DNA of 64,000 nt. Origin: Thiothrix sp. GTDB taxonomy: Bacteria; Pseudomonadota; Gammaproteobacteria; Thiotrichales; Thiotrichaceae. The DNA lies in assembly GCA_008015155.1 (NCBI GenBank), contig SSFA01000010.1, forward strand, positions 9,191 through 73,190, written 5' to 3'. Positions within the stretch are counted from its first letter, which is position 1, and every line of letters starts with the position of its first letter. Shown here in pieces: positions 1-8,700 of this stretch. Position numbers and translations under genes: made by a program. The notes under the pieces are model-generated. The model worked only from the letters and a program-made list of their open reading frames with translations. It was not told the DNA's origin and searched no databases.

Positions 1-363
1 GCGAGTAGGGGCTGTCTCTGTTGTATAAGCCTTGCCGTATTTATTGCGTGCTAGGCTCGTTAAGCCATTAAAAACTGCTTGATTACAGTTAAGTTCCACA
101 TTCGGACGATCAATGATCAGAGTCACTCGTTGGAATGAACAGTTGGCAGGTAAGGTGAGGGATTGACGCAAAGTAATAGTGCTATTAGCCTGCCACTGAG
201 GACAAGCTGTATTAGGTGTCGAAGGAAAGCTAATAACACTAGAGAAGTCTTTATCAGGATAAAGATTATTATCAATATCCGCTTGCAGATCGTCCTTACA
301 CGCCGATAAGCTCAAGGCCAATAAGCTAAACGTGGCAGCTAGGTGTATATTTTTCATCGTCAT
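1..363 (-). CDS. Putative lipoprotein; 5' end present, 3' end truncated by the window edge
   Basis: I translated the minus strand by hand from ATG 363 (alternative ATG 357). The frame stays open to position 1. It reads MTMKNIHLAATFSLLALSLSAC..., a signal peptide with a lipobox (LSLSAC). AGGGG lies about 8 nt upstream of ATG 363. The ORF is missing from the ORF track because no stop falls inside the window. Confidence 0.55.
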   Translation of the reverse strand, partial: MTMKNIHLAATFSLLALSLSACKDDLQADIDNNLYPDKDFSSVISFPSTPNTACPQWQANSTITLRQSLTLPANCSFQRVTLIIDRPNVELNCNQAVFNGLTSLARNKYGKAYTTETAPTR

Positions 364-429
364 TATCAAGCCCCTACATCGCTTTCATTCAAATTATTTT
401 AAGTCTAGTTGGTTTAGCTTGCGCTTGCA

Positions 430-1200
430 CTAATCCTTATAATTCAAACTCTCTAATAGCTGTTGGTGTAATTCTTGGCTGGCGGCTGCTAAGACGGTTG
501 TACTATTTAAGTTCAAAGGTTTACCTGTCAGATCAGTAAAGACTCCACCTGCTTCGGTCACAATGACTGATAAAGCAGCAATATCAAGAATGTTAACATC
601 CGATTCGATCACCGCATCTAGTTTGCCGCTGGCTAGGAGATGATAGTGCAGAAAATCACCGTAGCCACGAATGCGTTGTACTTGTGGAATAATTTTGCCC
701 AGATTCTGCCACTGTGGACTGGCGGCTAGGGTTGCAATATTGCCAAGCGATAAGGCAGCTTGAGCTATGGTTGTGCACTGGCTGACCTTTAAGGGCTGAT
801 CCTGAATAAAAGCACCACACCCTTGTTCAGCATAAGTCATTTCTTTAAAGGCAGGGGCATTGGAGACGCCTAAAATTAGCTCAGAGCCTTTCATTAGCGC
901 AATTTGTGTAGAAAACATCCCATACCTGCGCACAAAACTTTTGGTTCCATCAATCGGGTCGATGAGCCAAGTATATTCAGCGTCAGGATTAGTTTTGCCA
1001 GTTTCCTCACCGAAAAAACCATGCTCAGGGAAGCGCGCTAAAATGATAGCCTTAATGGCTTTTTCTGCTTCTACGTCCGCTATAGTGACGGGCGATTGAT
1101 CAGCTTTTAGCTCAACCGCAAAACTCCCTTGATAGTAATGCAGAATAATTTCTTGGGCAGCTCGTGCAGCTTCCAAGGCAGTTTGAAGGAAAGGACTCAT
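430..1200 (-). CDS. Inositol monophosphatase family protein (SuhB/HisN-like phosphatase)
   Basis: The ORF 430-1230 carries IMPase-family motifs: GEETG, WLIDPIDGTKSF, and GYGDF near the C-terminus. The start is ambiguous between TTG 1230 and ATG 1200 (MSPFLQTALEAARAA...). ATG 1200 is chosen. Confidence 0.8.
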   Translation of the reverse strand: MSPFLQTALEAARAAQEIILHYYQGSFAVELKADQSPVTIADVEAEKAIKAIILARFPEHGFFGEETGKTNPDAEYTWLIDPIDGTKSFVRRYGMFSTQIALMKGSELILGVSNAPAFKEMTYAEQGCGAFIQDQPLKVSQCTTIAQAALSLGNIATLAASPQWQNLGKIIPQVQRIRGYGDFLHYHLLASGKLDAVIESDVNILDIAALSVIVTEAGGVFTDLTGKPLNLNSTTVLAAASQELHQQLLESLNYKD

Positions 1201-1273
1201 AGTTAGTTTATTGCTTGGTGATTTAGTCAAAAGAGGGCGCCATTCAGCAGGATTAACAGGCGCGAGTCAAGCC

Positions 1274-2062
1274 TCAATTTGAGAGCTTTTGAATATGTTC
1301 ATGCATGCATTGTGCCGACTCTGCCCAATTCTGTTCTAACATGATCGCATGACCTGCATTGACCCAGCTTAAGGGGCAGCAATAAGTGCCTGCTGTCCAA
1401 TGCACTACACTTGCTGGGACTAAGCGGTCATGGCGTGAGCCAAGCACAGCTACAGGTGTTTGCTTGATCCGGGAAACAAAAGGTAAGTTGACATTCATAT
1501 CCCAAAGCAAGCGCATGGATTCGGGCGTCGTCTGTTTGAACCAGTTTTGTAAATTTTCATCACTAACAGGATGATAGAACAAGACATCGCGGATAAATTG
1601 CAAATCGGTTTGTTCAGGTTGGCTGTAAACCCTAGCCATTTTCATAGCCAGTAATGGATTGGTCCAAGTGCTAATCATTGAAACCGGCATCATGCCTTGT
1701 GGCGGTACACTACAGGCTAGGATCGCCGCAGGGGCACGATATTCAGATAAGTAACGCTGCACCACCATCCCGCCCATGGAATGCCCTACCAGCACAGGTT
1801 CTCTGCCAGTTTGGTCTTGAATATGTACCACGGTTTGACGCAAATCCTCGACAAAATCACTCAGCCCAATCCGATTAATCGGCTTATCGCTTGGTGAATT
1901 GCCATGACCACGTAAACTTAAAGCATAAGCTGAATAGCCTTGCTCAGCGAACCAGTTTAGAAAATACGTATCCCAAATCCAAGCAGCACTTAAAATACCG
2001 TGTACAAATAAAATCGGCTGACCTTGAGCTTGAGTCGAGCGCTGAATAATTTCTAAGTCCAT
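1274..2062 (-). CDS. Alpha/beta-fold hydrolase
   Basis: It has the nucleophile elbow GHSMGG and the oxyanion-type LFVHG motif near the N-terminus. The likely start is ATG 2062 (MDLEIIQRS...) within ORF 1274-2101. Confidence 0.75.
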   Translation of the reverse strand: MDLEIIQRSTQAQGQPILFVHGILSAAWIWDTYFLNWFAEQGYSAYALSLRGHGNSPSDKPINRIGLSDFVEDLRQTVVHIQDQTGREPVLVGHSMGGMVVQRYLSEYRAPAAILACSVPPQGMMPVSMISTWTNPLLAMKMARVYSQPEQTDLQFIRDVLFYHPVSDENLQNWFKQTTPESMRLLWDMNVNLPFVSRIKQTPVAVLGSRHDRLVPASVVHWTAGTYCCPLSWVNAGHAIMLEQNWAESAQCMHEHIQKLSN

Positions 2063-2194
2063 CTTAATTCGTCCGCTAGCTAGGGGTAGGCAGCAATTCA
2101 ACAGGAATACCTGTGAGTGTCAAGGGTTTGAAAGCGAATTGACTGAATTGAGTTATACTAGCGGGCTAAAATAACCACCACTTAGGAGCCATTA

Positions 2195-3241
2195 ATGGAG
2201 TATCGAGCCTTAGGAAAGACTGATATTAAAGTCAGCAAAATTTGCTTAGGTACCATGACTTTCGGTGAGCAAAACACCGAAGCTGAAGCCCATGAACAGC
2301 TTGATTATGCCTTAGCGCAAGGGATTAACTTTATCGATGCTGCAGAAATGTACCCGGTACCGATTAATGCCGCTACGCAAGGACGTACTGAGCAGTATAT
2401 TGGGACTTGGTTAAAAAAACGCTCCGATCGCGAGCAAATCATTCTAGCAAGTAAAGTTGCAGGCCCTGGGCGTAAAGAAGCGCTTGGACATTTGCGGGAT
2501 GGTCCTCGTTTAAGCCGAGATCATATCTTACAAGCGTGTGAAGATAGTCTGAAACGCTTGCAGACCGATTATATTGACCTTTACCAAATTCATTGGCCAA
2601 GCCGCAGTACCAATTATTTTGGCCAACTCGGCTATCGCTATGGCAAAGATCATCATCCAGAAACGATTGCAGAAACTTTGAGTGCTTTAGGCGAATTAGT
2701 GACAGCTGGTAAAGTGCGGCAAATTGGCTTATCTAATGAAACCCCTTGGGGTGTCGCTGAATATCTAAGCTTATCCAAAGAAATGCATTTGCCCAGAATC
2801 GTGACGGTGCAGAACCCGTATAGCCTATTGAATCGCAGTTATGAAGTGGGCTTAGCTGAGTTTGCGCATCGTAGTTCAGTCGGTTTATTGGCTTATTCAC
2901 CGCTCGCCTTCGGGGTCTTGAGTGGTAAATATGTGAATGGTCAGCGGCCTGAGGGTACGCGCCTAACACGCTGGGGTCAGTATTTCACCCGCTACACGCA
3001 TGAACATGCGCAGAAAGTCACACAAAACTACGTAGAGCTAGCGCAAAACTACGGCCTTGATCCTGCCCAAATGGCTTTAGCTTATGTTAATTCTCGTCCA
3101 TTCTTGACGGCGAATATTATTGGTGCGACCAGCATGGAGCAGTTACGCAGTAATATCGCGAGCGCCGATTTAGTGCTATCTGATGAGGTGTTGAAGGGCA
3201 TTGAAGCCATTCACGATGCACATCCCAACCCTTGCCCTTAA
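2195..3241 (+). CDS. tas: NADP(H)-dependent aldo/keto reductase, Tas-like
   Basis: This 348-aa ORF begins LGTMTFGEQNTEAEAHEQLDYALAQGINFIDAAEMYPVP, which closely parallels E. coli Tas as I remember it. Its length matches Tas. Confidence 0.85.
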   Translation: MEYRALGKTDIKVSKICLGTMTFGEQNTEAEAHEQLDYALAQGINFIDAAEMYPVPINAATQGRTEQYIGTWLKKRSDREQIILASKVAGPGRKEALGHLRDGPRLSRDHILQACEDSLKRLQTDYIDLYQIHWPSRSTNYFGQLGYRYGKDHHPETIAETLSALGELVTAGKVRQIGLSNETPWGVAEYLSLSKEMHLPRIVTVQNPYSLLNRSYEVGLAEFAHRSSVGLLAYSPLAFGVLSGKYVNGQRPEGTRLTRWGQYFTRYTHEHAQKVTQNYVELAQNYGLDPAQMALAYVNSRPFLTANIIGATSMEQLRSNIASADLVLSDEVLKGIEAIHDAHPNPCP

Positions 3242-3253
3242 ACGGAGTCAGGC

Positions 3254-3820
3254 GTGATTTTATACATTCATGGCTTTCGTTCTTCCTCCCAGTCTGGGAA
3301 GGCACAGGAAACTAAGCGCTGGTTGGAATCTCAGGGGCGTGGTCAGGAGTGGATCTGTCCTGACCTGCCGCCTTATCCACAAGAGGCTATGCGCATACTG
3401 GAATCGATTATCAAGAATGCGCCAAAGCCGCCGCAGTTGATTGGTAGTTCCCTAGGTGGTTTCTACGCAACCGTGTTGGTCGCCCAGTATGCTTTAAAAG
3501 CAGTCGTAGTTAATCCTGCGGTACATCCGGGCTTGGTTTTGCGCCCAGCTGTGGGCTTAATCACTAGCTTTTATGGGAATGAGCAATATCAGTTTACTGA
3601 GCAACATCTACAAGAACTACATGCGCTAGATTTGCCAGCGCCGCTTTATCCAGAAAATATTCTGTTCATGCAAGAGCGTGGCGATGAGGTGTTAGATTGG
3701 CAAGAAGGCTCAGCTTATTATCGCGACTGCCATCAACTTATCTTTGCAGGGGGTGATCATGGCTTTACCCGCTATCGCGCGGTATTGAATTTAATTGACC
3801 ATTTTTTAAATGATAAATAA
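3254..3820 (+). CDS. yqiA: YqiA-family esterase (UPF0227 alpha/beta hydrolase)
   Basis: The 188-aa ORF has the N-terminal ILYIHGFRSS motif, a GSSLGG nucleophile elbow and a C-terminal GGDHGF. It uses a GTG start. Confidence 0.7.
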   Translation: MILYIHGFRSSSQSGKAQETKRWLESQGRGQEWICPDLPPYPQEAMRILESIIKNAPKPPQLIGSSLGGFYATVLVAQYALKAVVVNPAVHPGLVLRPAVGLITSFYGNEQYQFTEQHLQELHALDLPAPLYPENILFMQERGDEVLDWQEGSAYYRDCHQLIFAGGDHGFTRYRAVLNLIDHFLNDK

Positions 3821-4188
3821 TGACCTTAGAACAACTGTTAACTAAGCTGCAAACACAGCAAGAGCTTAATTTCGCTGAAGTAATGGCCACTATTGAGGCG
3901 AATTACCATTACACTCCGCAAAGTTTTACCAACGGTAGGGGTGAAAATTGTGTAAACAATCCCGCAGGTACTAATGAGGGTTCCTGCAAAATCTTTGCGT
4001 TTGGCCAACTCCAGCAACTGTCGCCTGAGCAAACCTTAGCTTGCTTTGGCGAGCATTATCGAAAAGTATTGGCAACACCTGAGGGTAGCGATCACAGGAA
4101 TATCCGCAGTTTCATGCACCACGGTTGGGCGGGCATTGAGTTTTTGGGGAATGAGCCAGTATTGAGACTTAAAAGCTTAAGTAGCTGA
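3820..4188 (+). CDS. HopJ-type III effector family protein homologue
   Basis: The 122-aa ORF has the size and the motifs (NAGTNEGSCKIFAFG, FGEHYR, HRNIRSF) that I recognise from the HopJ family. Its start overlaps the yqiA-like stop (TAATG). Confidence 0.6.
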   Translation: MTLEQLLTKLQTQQELNFAEVMATIEANYHYTPQSFTNGRGENCVNNPAGTNEGSCKIFAFGQLQQLSPEQTLACFGEHYRKVLATPEGSDHRNIRSFMHHGWAGIEFLGNEPVLRLKSLSS

Positions 4189-4215
4189 AGGCCATGTTTC
4201 ATGGCCTTCCTTAAA

Positions 4216-5049
4216 CTAACTCGTTGTAATCGCCAAGCTCTCACTGGGTGATTCTTGCGGAGTGAGATTAGTCGCTTCAACTTGCATACGAGTCATAGTC
4301 GCTTTGCCCACAATGGTAGCGAAGGAGGCGTCTGCTGCATCACGGGCAGTTGAAATACGCACGAAGCTACTCGTGGGGGCCATACGGGTGGCATCAAAGA
4401 AATACCATTTGCCCCCCAGATACGCTTCAAAAACACCATGAAAATCAGCGGGAAGTTCTAAGCCAGGTGCATAAGCGGAGATATAGCGTGCGGGAATTCC
4501 CAAAGCACGGCATAGAGTAACGCTGAGATGTGCGAAATCGCGGCAGACACCCGCGCGCTGCAATAAGACATCGCTTGCACTGCTCGAAGCATTAGTCGTG
4601 CCGGGTATATATTCAATATTTTTGTACACCCAATCAACAACTGCCATTACACGCGTATAGCCGGTAGGAAGCCCTTCAAAAGTTTTATAAGCAAAGCGCC
4701 CAATAAGATCAGCTTCACAATAACGGCTTGGATTGAGATAGGCTAATACTTCAGGCGGTAACTGTGCATAAGGGGTCTCTGGTACTTGACTCGGCTCAGC
4801 GGTATTTACTTGTAAAGCCACGGTGGCGGCATAATCCAGTGTAAAGAAACCAGCTTGGGCAGTCACCCGAATCATGCGGCCACCTTCAGGGCCATAGTTA
4901 AAAGCCTCATAGGGCACATAAGGATTTAGGATCAAATTCTCTTGTTGGATCATTTGATGCTCATTGAGAGCAGGCATTACACTAAAAATAAAAGTCGCGG
5001 CTGATTCCAGTTTGTAATCTAACTTGGTAGCGACTTGGATCAGGCTCAT
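4216..5049 (-). CDS. Transglutaminase-like cysteine peptidase family protein (Bact_transglu_N plus transglutaminase core)
   Basis: A candidate catalytic triad is present: GVCRDFAH (Cys), FHGVFEAY (His) and FFDAT (Asp). GAGGA lies 6 nt upstream of ATG 5049, and there is an alternative ATG at 5055. Confidence 0.75.
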   Translation of the reverse strand: MSLIQVATKLDYKLESAATFIFSVMPALNEHQMIQQENLILNPYVPYEAFNYGPEGGRMIRVTAQAGFFTLDYAATVALQVNTAEPSQVPETPYAQLPPEVLAYLNPSRYCEADLIGRFAYKTFEGLPTGYTRVMAVVDWVYKNIEYIPGTTNASSSASDVLLQRAGVCRDFAHLSVTLCRALGIPARYISAYAPGLELPADFHGVFEAYLGGKWYFFDATRMAPTSSFVRISTARDAADASFATIVGKATMTRMQVEATNLTPQESPSESLAITTS

Positions 5050-5253
5050 ACACATTCCTCAAGGTAAATTAGCTATGACTTAATAAAATAAAGAAGCAAT
5101 TCATGCGCCAACTAATTGCTGCATAACCTCATAGGCTAGTCTATTTCCCCAAAAAATGTGAATGCCGTTATATAAATTACGTGATCTAGGCTTGCGCTGG
5201 CTGGGTGAGTGCTTATCATAAGCAGTTCTATTTATTTAATAAGAAAAATCATT

Positions 5254-5691
5254 ATGAAATTACAAATCATGCTGTTCGGGGCTATTAGCTTATTATCCGG
5301 CTGTGCTGCAGTACCTAATGTGGTCGCGCCACCGAGTATTTCAGTGCAAGATGTCAGTTTACAAAGCTTGTCTCTCACTCAAGGCACTGCGTTAGTTGCC
5401 TTACAAGTGACTAACCCGAATGCGTTCCCGCTTCCCCTTGAAGGCATTCAATACAATTTGCGCTTAAATGGTACACAGGTCGCAAGCGGGGATCAGCGCC
5501 AATCGATGTATTTGCAACCCAATCAACCGACTGCTGTGCAAATCCCAGTGCAATTGGAGCTTGCGACTATCATGCGGCTAGCGCCTGTGCTTTGGCAGAG
5601 TCGCTCAGCTCAATACCAACTCGATGGCGCAGTACGCCTGCCATTTATTAGTATCCCGTTTCAACGCCAAGGTGGGGTGGGGGTGAATTAA
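5254..5691 (+). CDS. LEA type-2 (NDR1/HIN1-like, water-stress domain) lipoprotein
   Basis: It begins MKLQIMLFGAISLLSGC, a signal peptide with a lipobox. The beta-rich body (SVQDVSLQSLSLTQGTALVALQVTNPNAFPLPLEGIQYNLRLNG) is typical of LEA_2 domains. Confidence 0.65.
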   Translation: MKLQIMLFGAISLLSGCAAVPNVVAPPSISVQDVSLQSLSLTQGTALVALQVTNPNAFPLPLEGIQYNLRLNGTQVASGDQRQSMYLQPNQPTAVQIPVQLELATIMRLAPVLWQSRSAQYQLDGAVRLPFISIPFQRQGGVGVN

Positions 5692-5728
5692 GCCATGTTT
5701 TATTTAGATAGCAGCTCACTACTGCTAT

Positions 5729-8700
5729 CTATTCACTCCCCGCCAATGCACCAAAAATCTCCGCCGGATGCAAAATCCGCTCACCATTCTCTAATTCCTC
5801 CACATAGCGCAAATAGCGCCATGCGTCGGGTGAGGCGTGGGTAATGCGGTCTTGTTTGATCATGGAATATTGTTGATTCCGATGCTGCGCTAGTGTGGCT
5901 AGGCATTCACCTGTTTTTAGATCCCAATATTGTGTGATGTTACCTGATGCGGTCACAAGTATTCGTCCATCGGGACTGAAGGCGACGGCACGGACTATGC
6001 TGTCATGTTTAAGCGTGAGTCGCCGCTCGCTGGAGCGGTTATCCCAGAGCGTGACAGTATTATCCTTAGAAGCAGTGGCGAGGTTGCTGCCATCGGGACT
6101 AAAGGCGACGGCACGAACTATGCTGTCATGTTTAAGCGTGAGTCGCCGCTCGCCGGAACGGGCATCCCAAAGTGTGACGATTTTATCCTTGGAAGCGGTG
6201 GCGAGGGTGCTGCCATCGGGACTAAAGGTGACGGCACGAACTATTCTTTCATGTTTCAGGATGAGTCGCCGCTCGCCGGAACAGGCATCCCAAAGTATGA
6301 CGGTTTTATCCTTGGAAGCGGTGGCGAGGGTGCTGCTGTTGGGACTAAAGGCGAGGGCGCTAACCTCTTTGTCATGTTTAAGGGTGAGTTGTCGCTCGCC
6401 GGAGCGGGCATCCCAGAGCGCGGCAGTATTATCCTTGGAAGCGGTAGCGAGGGTGGTGCCATTGGGACTGAAGGCGACGACGTTAATCCCTAGATTATGT
6501 TTAAAAGTGAGTTGCAGCTCGCCGGAGCGGGCATCCCAAAGTGAAGCGGTATCGTCCCATGATGTGGTGGCGAGGTTGCTGCCGTCGGGACTGAAGACGA
6601 CTGATAGAAATATTTTGTTATGTTTAAAAATGAGTTGTCGCTCGCCGGAGCGGACATCCCAGAGCGCGGCAGTGTGATTGTCAGATGCGATGGCAAGAGT
6701 GCTGCCGTCGGGACTGAAGGCGACGGCGCGAACCAAATTCTCATGCAAGAGGACGAGTCGTCGCTCGCCGGAGCGGGCATCCCAGAGCGCGGCGGTGTGA
6801 TCATAAGACGCGGTGGCGAGGGAGCTACCGTCGGGACTGAGGGCGACGGCGGTAACTTTTTGGTCATGTTGAAAAGTTAGTCGTCGCTCGCCGGAGCGGG
6901 CATCCCAGAGCGCGGCGGTGTGATCCCATGACGCGGTGGCGATCGTGCTGCCGTCGGGACTGAAGGCAATAGCATTAATAGCATTTGTATGCCCCGCCTG
7001 AATCTGTGCCCAAACTTTTGCAGGAAGCTTATCAGTTGTGCGCTGATTGGGTGCTAGCGGAAAGTCCGCTCCCCATGCAGCGCCGCTATTCCGAATCCAT
7101 TGCGAATGGCTCAACTCACAACTACTTACATCCAAATCGTTTAAGTCATTCAAACGCCATATACTAGCCATGAGATTAGTTTTCTGAAAAACACAAGCCT
7201 GAAACCGACAATGCTGAAATTCGGCGAGCCACCCTTGGGCTTCAGTGAAATCACAGCGCTGAAATTCAATATACTTAAACTGCACTTGATCAAGGCGTGC
7301 GCTGCGCCAATTAATATCGTGTAGTTTTAAGGATTGCGCAGCAGTACCTTGAATTTTCCACTGGAATAAATCTATACCCGCTAAGTCCATACGTTGATAC
7401 TGAAAAACCAAACCGCGCTCAGCAAGTTTCAACCAGATTTGCAAGACTAAGCGACTGCTAGTTGGCTCATAATCCGCCAGCCACGCAGCCAAGCTTTTTT
7501 CATAGCTAGCATGTTTGCTACGTTCTATTAAAATAAGCTGGGTTAGAAATTCCAAGGTTTCGGGTGAGGGTGTGGTTTCAAATTGCCAATAGCTACGCTC
7601 TTGAGTCAAGAGGCCACGCTGCATATAAGCCGCTAAGAAAAATTCCTGCAAAGAACTGTGCGCAAAACGGAAGCTATTCTCATCAGGGCGCACAATAAAG
7701 GTCGCGGTGCGTAAATCCTCTTTCAGCACATTGCGGTCTAAATTTTGATAAGCGCTAGCGAGCTTGATATTTTTAAACAGAAACTCATCCAACCAAGTAT
7801 CTAATTCATCCACATTCCATTGACGTTGCCCACTTTTCCACAAAGCAGCCGCGAGGTATTCCATGAGCTGTTTTTTGTGCTGCGGCGAGAATTGGTGTTT
7901 GCCATCATCGCGGCGCAACCAATGTTCCACCATACTTTGATAGAGCATCACGCCTTGAATCGGTTCGCCACGCATCGCCAGTTGCTCGATATCTGGAATA
8001 TGCTGTGCGATTAAAGACAAGGTATAGGGGCGTTCCGCCATTTCTGGCAAATTGTGTACCGAACGAATTAAGTCGAGCACTTCATTCAGTGCAGCATCGT
8101 CGAGTTTTAGACTTTTTTGTAAATAGGTTTCGATTTGCGCTTCCGTGAACGGCAACAGCACTAAGGCTTGATAATCCTCGCCTTTAATCCCATCCCGATG
8201 TTCACTAGTGAGCATGGCATTCTGCTCTTGAATACTACGGAAATAATGTGAGCGGCAAGAAATTAGCATTTTCCCCGCATTTGGATGTTGGGTTTTGTCT
8301 TGTTTCAAGGGTGGCAAAATGCGCCATAATTGCCGAATAAAATCACTTGCTTGCTTGGGCGGCATGTGCACAATCACTTCATCCAAGCCATCCCAAATAA
8401 TCAATGCTTTGTGGTTTTGCATTTGTTGAATCATATCAGCGGGCTTGATGCCAACATCCTCGTGTCCGCCTTTCCAGCTTTTTTTCAGAATATGCTCAAG
8501 AATCTCGCTTAAGGTAAAATCAACGCGCTTATCCCAAGTGTATTCGCGCAGATCAATATAAATCGGCAAAGGCAAGGCTTTGTTAGTCGCCCGCTCTGCC
8601 AATAATTCACGGGTTAAAGCCTTGCAGGTCGTGGTTTTACCCATGCCATATTCACCCAACAAAGCGCAAAACGGCGGCGAATGTTCTTGCTTGAGCCAGT

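Noticed and set aside
5895-6880. Several long plus-strand ORFs (5895-6677, 260 aa; 6005-6493; 6620-6880) and extra minus-strand frames (6256-6462, 6490-6867) lie inside the WD40 region.
   Set aside because: They are antisense or off-frame read-throughs of the 123-bp repeats, so the same stop-free stretch is copied nine times. They have Arg/Ser/Pro/Leu-rich nonsense composition. The WD40 frame is continuous with the NACHT ORF and carries canonical motifs.
5885-6994. Regularly spaced repeats that might be taken for a CRISPR array (also 63356-64000).
   Set aside because: The repeats are contiguous with no unique spacers. They have periods of 123 bp or 18/72/153 bp and are in frame within protein-coding genes. 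No cas genes are present.
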